Shown piece after piece: positions 12,683 to 25,370 of a stretch of DNA of 64,000 nucleotides. The translations under genes were made by a program, and so were the position numbers. Location of the stretch: NCBI RefSeq assembly GCF_030144855.1, contig NC_082710.1:152086001-152150000 (forward strand), read 5' to 3'. The number at the start of each line of letters is the position of its first letter. Position 1 is the stretch's first letter. The DNA comes from Hypanus sabinus. Taxonomy: Eukaryota. The notes beneath the pieces are model-generated. The model was not told the DNA's origin. It ran no database searches and worked only from the letters and a program-made list of their open reading frames with translations.

Positions 12683-13127
12683 TTTCAGCTGCTTCCAGCT
12701 GTTTTAACTGAATTTCATGCTGTCTTTGTTTCTCAGCTCTTTCCTGTTCTTTTTTCACCTCTAACTCCTTTAGCTGGAGCGCATGCTCCCTTTGTTTGTC
12801 GGCCCTTTCTTTCTCTCTCTCGGCTCTTTCTTTCTCCTTCTCAGCTGCTTCCAGCTGCTTTAACTTAATTGCATGTTCCAACCTTAATTTCTCCAACTCT
12901 ATCTGAGCTGTCCCACTAGCGGGTACCTTTTCAGGGATATTTTCCAATACCTCAGCTGCAAACACATTCTTCCCAATATAATACTGAGTCATTGCTCTTC
13001 GCACCTCCCGCTTTTTCATTGACAAACTCACCTCTGAAAGGTTTAGTCCCTTTGACATATTTATCAAGTCTGATTTGGTGGCCGCCTCTAGCGCCTTCAG
13101 AGTCGGGTTTTCTATAAATTCATCCAC
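11205..13127 (-). pseudogene. gag: Gypsy gag (coiled coil, SCAN/capsid, CCHC knuckle) plus aspartic protease, with stops and frameshifts
   Basis: LVPPFEETDVDSYFLLFEKVA, YDKVKAAILRTYELVPEA, LILIEEF, TCFNCGKGGHIASRC, IWRDTGAELSL (catalytic DTG), LLGNNLAGG and ACAVTRS motifs. Confidence 0.9.
12644..12680. repeat. (CT)n/(GA)n microsatellite inside the gag coiled-coil region
   Basis: Run of TC dinucleotides encoding ERERERERER. Confidence 0.9.
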
Positions 13128-13244
13128 GTCCGTCTTTGCTGGATTCCCGTCTGGCTACCCGCGTACCAGATCCAAGTTTGGACTTACAAGCCCAATTCAC
13201 TGGCCCACCAATTTGATGTCAAATCCCGAGATGAGAACCCCAAT

Positions 13245-14075
13245 TGTTATGTACCCCGTAACTGGGTCACTTACCAGCAAAGATAGAGAGGTCCGTTGAA
13301 GTCTGATGGTACTATTTTTAACAGTATTTATTGATAAAAATACACAAAAATAATATCAATGCAAGCATACAGATAATATACATCGTCAATACTAAATCTA
13401 AAAGCGCGGGTATAATAATAATCAATAAGAAATAGCTCTAACGTTGTCTAGGGATTAATGTATTGTCCGATGGAAATATGAAAGTCACTTTAGTTCCTTC
13501 AGGCTGCAACCTTTTGATTGGAGAAAGACAGATGTTTAAACTTGCCAGCTTTTCCTTTTTATGATGTAGATCCTTCGAGAGTTCCTTTTTTTGTAGTCGG
13601 TCCTTTTAGCTAAGCCATTCCGTGGACGCCCGCCAGTTCTTAGGCCAAGGAAAAGGATGCACGCGAGCCCTACTGGCTGTCGCTATTAAACACTGTCATG
13701 AGATTTCAGTGTTCCTGCTGGTGCGTCTCAAGGGGCCATTCCCCAGACCCTCTTTTATCCCCACTCACGGGGTCTCAGATGTCAATCAGGTTGGAATGAT
13801 GCCATCCCCCAACCAGCCCACGTTGCCATTCCCTGAGGGCTTCCACGAAGCACAGTACTTAATACACAACTCCGTCTCCAAGAGACAATGGCCGCTTCCC
13901 GTGGCTTTGTATCGCTGAGGGGCCAGGACATTCCACACCCCTTTGTGGATTCTGCATGTCTTTCTCTCATTTCCTGGGTCTCCTGACCCGAATCAATAGT
14001 GATCCAGCGATTCTCAAAAAGGAGGGGGCCACTCTGCACCCCTCGGCCCCTCAGAGTTGGGGCACAGGCGTAACA
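13245..14075 (-). repeat. 5' LTR (831 bp) of the Gmr1-like element
   Basis: TGTTA...TAACA inverted termini. On the minus strand it is followed by ATTGGGGTTCTCATCTCGGGATTTGA, which resembles the tRNA-Pro PBS TGGGGGCTCGTCCGGGATTTGA. Confidence 0.92.
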
Positions 14076-15330
14076 ACAGTATTAGGCCATCTGGCCCATC
14101 GATCATGGGAGATCTTTTTCTCCTCTGCTCAGCCATACTCCCTGGTCATTTCTCCGAAACGTTTGATGCTATGTCCAATCAAGAATGTATGAAGCTCTGC
14201 CTTAAATACATGCAGTGACCTGGCCTCCACAACTAGCTGTGGTTATAAATTCTGCAAGGTCACCAACTTCTGGTTAAAGAAGTATATTTACATCTCTGTT
14301 TTAAATGGACACCCCTCTTTCCTGAGGCTGTGTCCTCTTGTCCTAGACTCCCTGACCATAAGAAACATCCTTTCCACATCTGCTCTGTCTGGGCCTTTGA
14401 ACATTCAAAAGGTTTCATGAGATCCCCACTCATCCTTCTATGTTCCAGCGAGTACAAATCCAGAGCTTTAAAATGTTTCTTGTATGACAACCCTTGCATT
14501 CCCAAAAATTATGCTTGTGAACTCTGAACCACCTCCAATGCCAGCACACCTTTCCTTAGATGAAGAGCCCAAAGCTGTTCACAATCCTCAAGGTGAAGCC
14601 TCACCAGTGCTTTATGAATCCTCAGCAGCACATACTTGCTCTTGTATTCTAGACCTCTTGAAATGAATGCTAATATTACATTTGCCTCCTCACCGCCGAC
14701 TCTACTTGCAAGTTAACATTTAGGGTGTTCTGCACAAGCACTCCGAGTTCCCTATGTATCTCAAGCTTTTGGATTTTCTCCCTATTTAGAAAATAGTCTG
14801 CACATTTAATTCACCTGCCAAAGTGTGTGACATGCATTTTCCAAATTGATATACAGCTTAAAAAGTGGCAGTCCCAACACCAACCCCTGCAAAACACCAC
14901 GAGGCAGTCAACAAGAAAAAGATGACTGACTCCACACTGCCTCTTACTAATCAACCAATGTTCTCATCATACCAGTAACTTCCCTGTAATACCAAGGGCT
15001 CTTAACTTGGTAAGCCACCTCATGTGTTCCATCTTGTCAAAGGTTTTCTGAAAGTCCAAATATACAACATCCACTGCTTTCCGTTTATCTATCCTATGTG
15101 TACCCTCAAACAATTCTAACAGGTTCTTCAGGCAAGATGTTCCCTTAAGGACACCATTCTGATTTTGTCCCAGCTTGTCCTTTGTTACCAAGTATTCCAT
15201 AACCTCATCCTTAAAAATTGTCTCCAACATCCTCCCAACCACTGAGTTCAGGCTAACTAGCCTAAAATTTCCTTTCTCCTGCCTTCCTCCTTTCTTAAAG
15301 AGTGGAGTGACATTTGCCATTTTCTAGTTG
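14076..15330 (-). mobile_element. CR1 LINE fragment (RT plus 3' end) with internal deletions
   Basis: ANVTPLFKKGGRQEKGNFRLVSL, VDVVYLDFQKTFDK and LDLYSLE motifs. Confidence 0.85.
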
Positions 15331-16358
15331 CCTGACACAATGCCACAGTCTTATTGTCAATTTAAAACAGTTCTCACAATCTCTTATTGCACTGACGGAA
15401 CACCTAAATAGGTATAAGTTGATTAAAAAATTCAGCCTGGGTTGGCAAAAAATTAAAGTGTGACTCATGAACCTTGCTTTTTTCAGCTTTTGAGATATGG
15501 TCAACTATGGTGTGTAAATAACATTGGTTTAATGTAGGAAGAACAAGTTAGGTCTTTATTCATTGGAGCGTAGAAAGTTGAAGGGGGTCTTGATAGAGGT
15601 ATTTAAAATTATGAGGGGCATAGATAGAGTTCTACCGCACTCCAGAGATTTGCCGGTTACTAGATTACCTCGTCATTGTAAATTGTGTGGATTAAATCAG
15701 TGGCCTGCTAGGCTGTAAGGCTCCAAATGCCGGAAGAACATAATTGGCTTTGTATCCCTAAATGAATTAAAGAAATAAATATCTGGACAGCCTTGCCTCA
15801 AAGGCTGGTTGAAGCAGATATACTGACTTCACTTAGTAGTAGTAGGCACCCGTCGCTCCCAGGGGATCATGGGTTTGCGCCTGTGGTGGATTGTGTCCTC
15901 TCCAGGGTGCAAGCTTGGGCGGGAAAATTTGAAGAACCGACTGTTACTCAGGTAGCGGGCACACCCTCTCCAGGTCAATGATGTAGTCCAAGGGAAGGGC
16001 AAACGCTGATACAGCTCGGCACCAGTGTCATCGCAGACATTTCCGGAGTGAAGTTGTAAACAAAAACAAATTAGAGGCTTCAGCTCCGGATTTCTTCCAC
16101 GGGGTTTACTCCCGGAGCTTTTCACATGGGTGGGTATAGCCTCAAGGAAGCGGAGTCTTAAAATCAGAGCTCCCTTCTCCTGACATCACGTAAACATATA
16201 ATCAATTGATATGCCACTGAAAGGCGAAAAGTGTGACTATTAGTAAATATGAATCATCCTGAGAAATGTTACTTCACAATTCAAGCAAAACTGCTTCCGA
16301 ACATGACCTGCTGTCAGCGAGGAGTTCGCACATTGTCGTCATAGTTGATCAGTAAAGG

Positions 16359-16366
<8 letters not shown>

Positions 16367-16428
<62 letters not shown>
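16367..16428. repeat. (GT)31 microsatellite
   Basis: Perfect GT run seen directly. Confidence 0.97.
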
Positions 16429-16429
<1 letters not shown>

Positions 16430-16759
16430 GATTGAAATTCGAAGATTCCTCAATGCAAGTCTTTTTATTTCACTGTATCGCGCAGTCTGACAAAGCATAG
16501 TGAGTGTATGTTGAAGAAAAAAGAGTGGCCACGGCATGTATGCTTTTTGACTGCTAAAGTAAAATAAAACTTAGATTTCAATGAAGCAAAATGAACTGGA
16601 TACACCTCTTTATTTAGTGGAGCGAGGACATCCTTAAATGGATTTAATCATGGACTGGGCGCTTCATAAGGAGACAAAGTTTAAGAATGAGCAGCCAAGA
16701 AAATACTGGGAAAATGATCCATTGTGATTTGTGGTTAAGGAATCTATTTTGGATGCAAT

Positions 16760-19757
16760 ACAGTCATAAAATAACGAGGTCATGACAAAGAATAGAGTGA
16801 ATCCCGGCGTTGGGCAAAAAGCAAAAAGGGCCACTTTTCAACATAATATTATAAGGGCTAAGAGTGTTGTAGAAACAAGACTGAAGGTTTTGTGTGTCAA
16901 TGCAAGGAGCATTCGTCACAAGGTGGATGAATTGAATGTGCAGATAGTTATTAATGAATATGATATAGTTGGGATCACAGAGACATGGCTCCAGGGTGAC
17001 CAAGGATGGGAGCTCAACATCCAGGGATATTCAATATTCAGGAGGGATAAACAAGAAAGAAAAGGAGGTGGGGTAGCATTGCAATAGAAAGGAAGGACAT
17101 TAGCCTGGAGGATGTGGAATCGATATGGGTAGAGCTGCATAACACTAAGTGGCAGAAAACGCTGGTGGGAGTTGTGTACAGGCCACCTAACAGTAGTAGT
17201 ATGGTTGGGGATGGCATTAAATGTGAAATTAGAAATGCATGCAATAAAGTAATAGTAGTTATAATGGGTGAGTTCAATCTATATATAGATTGGGTGAACC
17301 AAATTGGTAAGGGTGATGAGGAAGAGGATTTCTTGGAATGTATGCGGGATGGTTTTCTGAACCAACATGTCGAGGAACCAACTAGAGAGCAGGCCATTCT
17401 ACATTGGGTATTGAGCAATGAGGAAGGGTTAGTTAGCAATCTTGTTGTGCGAGGCCACTTGGGTAAGAGTGACCATAATATGGTGGAATTCTTCATTAAG
17501 ATGGAGTGTGACATAGTTAATTCAGAAACAAAGGTTCTGAACTTAAAGAAGGGTAACTTTGAAGGTATGAGACGTGAATAAGCTAAGATAGACTGGCAAA
17601 TAATTCTTAAAGGGTTGACGGTGGATATGCAATGGCAAACATTGAAAGATCACATGGATGAACTACAATTGTTCATCCCAGTTCGGCAAAAGAATAAACC
17701 AGGGAAGGTAGTGCACTCGTGGCTGACAAGGGAAATTAGGGATAGTATCAAGTCCAAAGAAGAAACATACAAATTAGCAAGAAAAAGCCGCACAGCTGAG
17801 GACTGGGACAAATTCAGAGACCAGCAGAGTAGGACAAAGGGCTTAATTAGGAAAGGGAAAAAAAAGATTATGAGAGAAAGCTGGCAGGGAACATAAAAAC
17901 TGACTGTAAAAGCTTTTATAGATACGTGAAAAGAGAAAGATTGGTCAAGACAAATGTAGGTCCCTTACAGTCAGAAACAGGTGAATTGATCATGGGGAAC
18001 AAAGACATGACAGACCAATTGAATAATTACTTTGGTTCTGTCTTCACTAACGAGGACATAAATAATATTCCGGAAATAGTAGGGGACCGAGGTTCAAGTG
18101 AGATGGAGGAACTGAGGGAAATACATGTTAGTAGGGAAGTGGTGTTAGGTAAATTGAAGGGATTAAAGGCAGATAAATCTCTACGGCCAGATGTTCTGCA
18201 TCCCAGAGTGCTTAAGGAAGAAGCCCAAGAAATAGTGGATGCATTAGTGATAATTTTTTCAAAACTCCTTAGATTCTGGATTCGTTCCTGAGAATTGGAG
18301 GGTGGCTAATGTAACCCCACTTTTTAAAAAAGGAGGGAGAGAAAAACCGGGGAATTATAGACCGGTTAATCTGACATCGGTGGTGGGGAAAATGCTAGAG
18401 TCGGTTATCAAAAATGTGATAACAGCACATTTGGAAAGAAGTAAAAGCATCGGACAAAGTCAGCATGCATTTGTGAAAGGAAAATCAATTCTGACTAATC
18501 TTATAGAACCTTATAGAACTAGTAGAGTAGATAAGGGAGAGCCAGTGGGTGTGGTATATTTATATTTTCAAAAGGCTTTTGACAAGATCCCACACAGGAG
18601 ATTAGTGTGCAAACTTAAAGCACATGGTATTGGGGTTATGGTATTGAGGTGGATAGAGAATTGGTTGGCAGACAGGAAGCAAAGAGTGGGAGTAAACGGG
18701 ACCTTTTCAGAATGGCAGGCAGCGACTAGTGGGCTACCGCAAGGCTCAGTGCAGGGACCCCAGTTGTTTACAATATATATTAATGATTTAGATGAGGGAA
18801 TTAAATACAGCTTCTCCAAGCTTGCGGATGACATGAAGCTGGATGGCGGTGTTAGCAGTGAGGAGGATGCTAAGAGGATGCAGGGTGACTTGGATAGGTT
18901 AGGTGAGTGGGCAAATTCATGGCAGATGCAATTTAATGTGGATAAATTTGAGGTTATCCACTTTGGTTGCAAGAACAGGAAAACAGATTATTATCTGAAC
19001 GGTGGCTGATTAGGAAAAAGGGAGGGGCAACGAGACCTGGGTATCATTGTACACCAGTCATTGAAGGAGGGCATGCAGGTACAGGAGCTGGTGAAAAAGG
19101 CAAATGGTATGTTGCAATTCAGAGCAAAAGCATTCGAGTACAGGAGCAGCGAGGTTCTACTGCAGTTGTACAAGGCCTTGGTGAAGCCCCACCTAGAGTA
19201 TTGTGTGCAGTTTTGATCCCATAATCTGAGGAAAAATATTCTTGCTAGAGAGGGAGTACAAAGAAGGTTCACCAGATTGATTCCTGGAATGGCAGGACTT
19301 TCATATGAAGAAAGACTGGATCGACTAGGCTTATACTCACTGGAATTTAGAAGACTGAGGGGGATTCTTATTGAAACGTATAAAATTCTAAAGGGATTGG
19401 ACAGGCTAGATGCAGGAAGATTGTTTCCGATGTTGGGGAAGTCCAGAACGAGGTGTCACAGTTTAAGGATAAAGGGGAAACCTTTTAGGACTGAGATGAG
19501 GAAAAACTTCTTCACACAGACAGCGGTGAATCTGTGGAATTATCTGCCACAGGAAACAGTTGAGGCCGGTTCATTGGCTATACTTAAGAGGAAGTTAGAT
19601 ATGGCCCTTGTCGCTAAAGGGATCAAGGGGTATGGAGAGAAAGCAGGTACGGGGTTCTGAGTTGGATGATCAGACATGATCATACTGAATGGCGGTGCAG
19701 GCTCGAAGGAAGGGCTGAATGGCCTACTCCTGCACCTATTTTCTATGTTTCTATGTT
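16760..19757 (+). mobile_element. CR1 LINE with near-complete but frameshifted ORF2 (endonuclease plus RT) and 3' tail
   Basis: NARSI, VGITETW, VYRPP, SDHN, ANVTPLFKKG, YRPV, QGSVQGP, ADDMKL and EYCVQF motifs; TTTCTATG tail ends at about 19757. The 5' boundary is approximate. Confidence 0.95.
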
Positions 19758-19774
19758 GTATTCGTCCCCGGACC

Positions 19775-20682
19775 CTAGGCCCACTGCGAAGAAATTTTCT
19801 GGCATTTACAAATAAACTGTGCTACATGTTTAAGTGTAATCTTCACTTCCTCTCTGAATTTGCGCTGGGTCAATGCATAGATACACGTATTAACGCAGGA
19901 GTTGAGGAGCATGAGTAACACACCTACCTCATTAGCGATGTAAGAGGGGCTTGTGAGATCCCCGCCTACGAAATTGACTGTGATCCGAGTGCAGATGAAA
20001 GCCGCCGTTTCTGTTGTCCACAGTAGTATGTAAGTGCCCGACACAGTGAACAGTAAGACGATAGATTTGCGCCGATTCTCCCCCTCAATGTCTTTGACTT
20101 CAAGTCCCTTTAAGTGTCGCCGGACCCGGTTGGCTGCTACAATGTTTTTAACGGTTAGTCCGTTCAACACCAGGATAAGAACGAACGGCAGGAAGGAAAC
20201 TGATATGGTACACATCCAAGAGAATATCACCCACCAGTCAGAGGTGAAGTAGGCGGCTTTTGGCTGACAACCCCAGTTCACGCTATACAGGATGTAGCGA
20301 GGCTCGTACATGAAATAAAAAGGAAGATACTTTAAGCAGCTCAGGGCGCACAAGGAAACAATAACCACAATAGCCGTCCTATGCGTACAACATCTGAGGC
20401 TCAGCCTCGGATAGCAAATGCTAACAAAACGGTCAAATGTGAAAGACACGGTTAACCAGACGGAATAATCCAAGGTGACGATCCGCAGGTAAATATTAAA
20501 AGGGCACACTGTGCTGAGGGACAGTAATGAGTTAGGGTGATAGTAAATGTATATTTCTCGAAGCAACACGTGCCAGAATATCACGAGCAGGGCCGAGATC
20601 GCCATCGCCATCATATAGCGAGTAATTCCTCTGGAGAGTCCGCACTTCTCCTGGTACAAGATCGCAGCCGTCAGAATGTTCG
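19775..20682 (-). CDS. Class A (rhodopsin-like) GPCR, GPR139-like family, exon 2 of 2 (TM1 second half to stop)
   Basis: Acceptor cag|CG at 20682; open to TAG 19775-19777; seven hydrophobic segments; KCGLSRGITRYM, DYSVWLTVSFTFDRFVSIC, RRKSIVLL and NTCIYALTQRKFREE motifs typical of GPR139-like receptors. Confidence 0.93.
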
Positions 20683-21389
20683 CTGGATGTATCGCAAAAC
20701 AGCGCAAGATTATATTTTAAACAGATACACCAACTGAGTAAAGTTCAAAGTTACTTTTCGAAAACTCAGCGACCAGGCCGAAACCCGTCTTCAGTACGAG
20801 GAAGAACGTGGGAAAATTCTTAAATTAACAGATTAATTTAATCTGGGGGAGGAAAACGGCGCTAGCTGGAAGGCCAGTCAGGTGAAGCCACATGAAAAAA
20901 ATAAGGGCTGGAGAACAAATAATCATACAGGAGATAAGAGTAGACAATAGGAGAAAAGGAACGAGAAAGGGATTCGGGGAATTATTAGGCAGATCGGAAG
21001 TATTAGCTCAGAGTGGGGAATAGAGTAAAGAGGTGGAGGGGGATTGTTTACAGGAAGGATAAATCTATATTCATACCAGCAAATTTGAGGGTGCACAAGA
21101 CGGAATATAATGTGTTGCTCCTCCGCCCGATGGTGGCCTAATCTTGGCACAAGAGGAGGCCTTAGATCGATACGTCACAAAGAGAATGGGAATCGTAATT
21201 AAAGTGTTTAGCCACCGCGAAATCCCACTCGTGGCGAATGCTGTGGTGGGGCTCGATGAAACGGTCACGAATTGACGACGGGTTTCACTGATGAAGAAGA
21301 GCTCACAACGGGATCCCAAGACACGATAGCTTACCGCAGCACTCCAAAATTGAGTGTTGCATCACCTGGAAGAACTCTTTGGGGACCAG

Positions 21390-22740
21390 AATGAAGGTGA
21401 GGGAGCTGAATAGGCAAGTGTAGCCTTTAGGTCGCTTACATGGATGTGAGCCTAGGGGAGATTAGTGGAGAAGGACGAATGGGCAAGGGCATCGCGTAGA
21501 GAGAAATCCCTATAGAAAGTGCAGAGGGGTAAGGTGAAATATGTTTCGTGGTGGGGTCTCTTTGGTGATGGCAGATTTTGGGGAGGATAATGTGGTTAAT
21601 GCGGAGGCTGGTGTGGGGTGGTAGCGTGTAAATGGGATGAGTAGATGTACAGGAAATTGAGGTTATGCCAGCGAAGGAAGCATTAATAGTAGAGGAAGGG
21701 AAACCATTAATTGTAAAGACGGATGACATCTCCGATGTCCTGGAATGGAAAGCCGCATCCTGGGAACAGATATGGCAGGATCGAAGAAACTGAGAAGAGG
21801 GAAAAGCAGTTTTACAGGAGTTGGGGTAGAAAGAAGTATAACCAAAGGAGCATCCAGGTGTATCAAAGCGTCGGCAGACAGTTTGTCTCCAGAAATGGAG
21901 ACAGAGAGATCAAGAAAACGAAGGGAAGTATCAGAGATAGCCGGAATTTAAGGGCAGGGTGGAAGTTAAAGTAATATTAATTAAATTGATTAGCATAGGT
22001 CCATGAAACAACACCAATGCAGTCGTTAATGTAGCAGAAGAGGAGTTGGTAATATAACCGGCGAAGATTTCGAACAGACACTGTACTACATAACCACAAA
22101 GAGGCAGGGGTAGCTTGGACTCATGTGATTGTTAACAGCTACCCCTCGGGTCTAGAAAAAGTGGAAGTATCTGAAGGAAAAATTATTCTGGGTGAGGATT
22201 AGTTCTGCCAGACGGAAGAGAGCTGTGCTGGAGAGGTATTAGTTGAATCTTTTGTCAAGAAAGGAGAATTTTGATGCCTTCCTGATGATGCAATTAGGGT
22301 ACAGGGATTGAAGTTCCATGGTGAACATGAGGTGGTCAGGGCCAAAGAATTGAAAGTTAGTGAGAAGTTCCAGACCATAAGAAGTGTCGCCGATATAGGT
22401 GGGAAGGGACTGAACCAGGGGGATAAAATGGATACGAGATATGAGGGCATGAGCTCAGTAGGGCAGCAGCAAGCAGAAAGAATATACCTACCCGGACAGT
22501 CTAGATTCCCGATCTGGTGTAGAAGTTAGAAGTGACCATGCGAGGTAAGGGAACTATGAGTTTGGTGGCAGTGATTAGGAGTTCTCTAAAGTGGTTGAGG
22601 TCAGTGATCATGTCGGAGCTGGTTTTCTGATGGTGCCGAGTGGGGCCCTCCTGGAGGAGTGGGCAGAAGGATGTGAATGAAAGTTTTTGCCTGGCCTCGC
22701 AAGGGAAAATTCAGTGTTCCTCATTATAACAACACCCTTT
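21390..22740 (-). mobile_element. Penelope-like element RT region, degenerate, in the GPCR intron
   Basis: HQRDPTTKHI and SLRINHIIL motifs plus degenerate RT sequence of the same family as 41443-42540. Confidence 0.75.
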
Positions 22741-22839
22741 TAGTCTTCCAGTTTGTTGGTAAGGCTGGGGTTGGTGTGTAGAGATAGGAGAACAGTGCAT
22801 TCAGAAGGGGTCAAGTTGGAGGAAGAGAGAGATGTGCTG

Positions 22840-23330
22840 AAATGGAGACAGTTCATATCTCGTTAGCAATTCTAGATGAAAAGATCAAAATCAGGCACAG
22901 ATCCAGGGAAGAGTATTGAAGAAGAGGAGGGCACTCTGACAGTTCAACGACCATCTGAACAGCATACATCCAAACATTCAACTTACGATGGAGTTGGAGA
23001 AGAATGGTTGCCTCCTGTTCCTGGATATTCCAATACGACGGAAACCGGGTGATAGCTTCGGACATGGCATTTATCGGAAACCCACTCACACGGAATTCTA
23101 CTTCCATATTAACAACCACTATCACACCTCCCAACGTAGAACAGTTCATCTTACTTTGATTAACCGTGTAATAACTATTTTGGACCCGAAGAGTCTACAC
23201 GAGGAAAAAAGACGAATACGCACGACGTTCCTATAGAATGGCTGCAAAGTGAAGGAAGTCAATTGCACTCTAAAAAATAAACTGGAAATCTTACAACTAG
23301 GAGGAGCACGCCGCTATCGCCTGTCTTCCC
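22840..23330 (+). mobile_element. Penelope (Poseidon-type) RT C-terminal fragment in the GPCR intron
   Basis: TMELEKNGCLLFLDI...IYRKPTHT motif. Confidence 0.8.
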
Positions 23331-24537
23331 TTTATATAGGTTAATACCGATATTTGCACCTCCGCTAGAAGCCCGAGCAGAGTTTATTGGTTATATACAC
23401 GCAGGAAAGCACGAGATACGTATTGTAATCCTTTTTAGATTAAGAGCAGTTATAGAATATTTTTCATATTGTTCGCCTTGGTGACTTACTTTTCGTTTGA
23501 CAACAAATCAAAATGAGAAATAATAGGAAAGTACAAAATCGAGAAATATGGAATCTGAGCAATTAATGCTGGGAAGACTCGACATCTGGGACGCCAATAA
23601 CCTAACGCTGGAGAGACGGAAAAACTTAGAGAGAATAAAACTACATTTCATAGGGCAGGTAGCAAAAGACACTGAAAAATTGAAGTTGATTGTGCCGGCT
23701 GAAAGAGGATAAGGTTTGTTATTGGCCGGTGATGGTGTGGGCGGAGATACATAGAAGGCGATGATGGCACATTCTCTACAGGTCGGCTCAGATCGAGATT
23801 TTTATTCAACCAACACTACCACCACACCCCCGCCCCAAACGGCGTCACACTTCTTATGTCTTGTATCACTCTTGGTCCGCAACTGCTCCCTGTAAACCTG
23901 CTCTGCAACGGACATCATTCCCGATTCCAAGGTAACGTTTTCGCTGTTGGTAATCATCCCTAATTAACCCTGTCTTTTGCTATTTTAATCTCATCTGCAG
24001 ATCAACTCTCCGCTAGATAGCCATTCACTTTCAATACTGATCTCTTCAGAAATTCACCAGCTTATTTATTCCATCATGCTATGATTTGGAACTTCAAATT
24101 CGCACGCATCACCATTCTTCCCTCGTTTCAAGTCTGTTTTCCATCACTCTGTTGTCCACGCTCCCTAAATCACTTCGAATAAATTCCTTGTTCATTTGTT
24201 TACACCCAGCGACGCTCTGTTCCCGGGTCGTCAGAAAACATTTCATTGTTCAGTTCAGTACATATTGAATTTCGCCGAAGTAACTATCAGAACATTGAAC
24301 ATAGAAAAGAAAACCACAGTAATGACTCTTCCACCAATTCTGCTGTGCAGGGCGTTTAACCTACATCAAGATCAATCTTACCCTTCCCTCCCACATTTCC
24401 CTACCTTTTTCTTTCATCTATATGCCTATGACAGTCTCTTCAATGACCCTCATTGTCGCTAATACCAGAGGACATACAGAACATTCCATAGCGTCGTGAC
24501 AGAGCAAAGCACATAGAAAGACAGTATCATGACATAC

Positions 24538-24607
24538 CAGAGATGCCAAACGCCGCCATAATCGGATACGTCACCTCATTGACGTAGAGGATTGGAGGAC
24601 GTGTCAT
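24538..24607 (-). CDS. GPR139-like GPCR exon 1 (MTRPPILYVNEVTYPIMAAFGIS), 70 bp
   Basis: ATG at 24605-24607 and a phase-1 donor G|gtatgt. 70+908 = 978 nt = 325 aa plus stop, in frame with exon 2. The YP-x-x-AA-x-G motif is typical of TM1 in this family. Confidence 0.88.
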
Positions 24608-25370
24608 TCTGGAAAATCCACTGCGCTGGTAGCAACCCGGAGTTCACAATGGAGTAAGTAAAGTTACTCTCATCCTTATTAATACCAGCGTCAATCCTCC
24701 AGTGGGTTCTCGACTAAAGGTTTAATGATGTTAGTCACAGCTTCTTTAACAAACACATTTCTTTTTGTACATGTTAAGTAATTTCACTGTTGTATCATTG
24801 GGGGATGGTGCAAAGAAACATTAGATGTTGCGGTGTGTTACCCACCGTTTCTCGATATACCACCCAATGTCTGGTCTTATTCGAGGCCAGAAGTCATTTT
24901 ATTCACACCACAGCATATATGGTGGATGTGGGAGCATTTAAATTCAGAGGTCTGAAATACACTAAAGACGGTTCTATGCCCTCTATATACACATCGAATA
25001 GAAAGGGTGAGAAAGAACAGGTGGCTTCAATAATGTTTCCATATGACCATAGATCAGAATTATGCATGTCCGCCCCTCCATTCCCTCTCAGCTAATTTAT
25101 TTCCTCTTTTATCCCCATTTTCCTGCCTTCTCCTCTTAACATTTGATGCTCTGACGAATGATAAGCTGACTAATCAATAACCTATCAAAGTCCGTTTTAA
25201 CTGTAACCAATAAATTGGCCTCTAGCGAAACCATGGGCGATGGGCTGTGAAAATGAATTCCATAGAATCACCACATTTTTGGTTAAAAAAAACTCTATGA
25301 AATAACATTCTCCACATCCACTCTATCTAGGCCTTTCGGTATTCAATAGGTTTTAGCGAGATAACCCCTT

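Larger units (their letters stand above)
9201..14075 (-). mobile_element. Gypsy (Gmr1-like, SCAN-capsid) LTR retrotransposon, non-autonomous: LTR-gag-CCHC-protease-ORFx-LTR, no IN/RT/RH
   Basis: Two homologous LTRs (13245-14075 and 9201-9811), a degenerate tRNA-Pro PBS at 13219-13243, a PPT at 9812-9822, and gag/protease motifs. The internal region is only about 3.4 kb. Confidence 0.92.

Noticed and set aside
16349-16537. ORF with a poly-(TH) tract
   Set aside because: It is an artefact of the (GT)n microsatellite.
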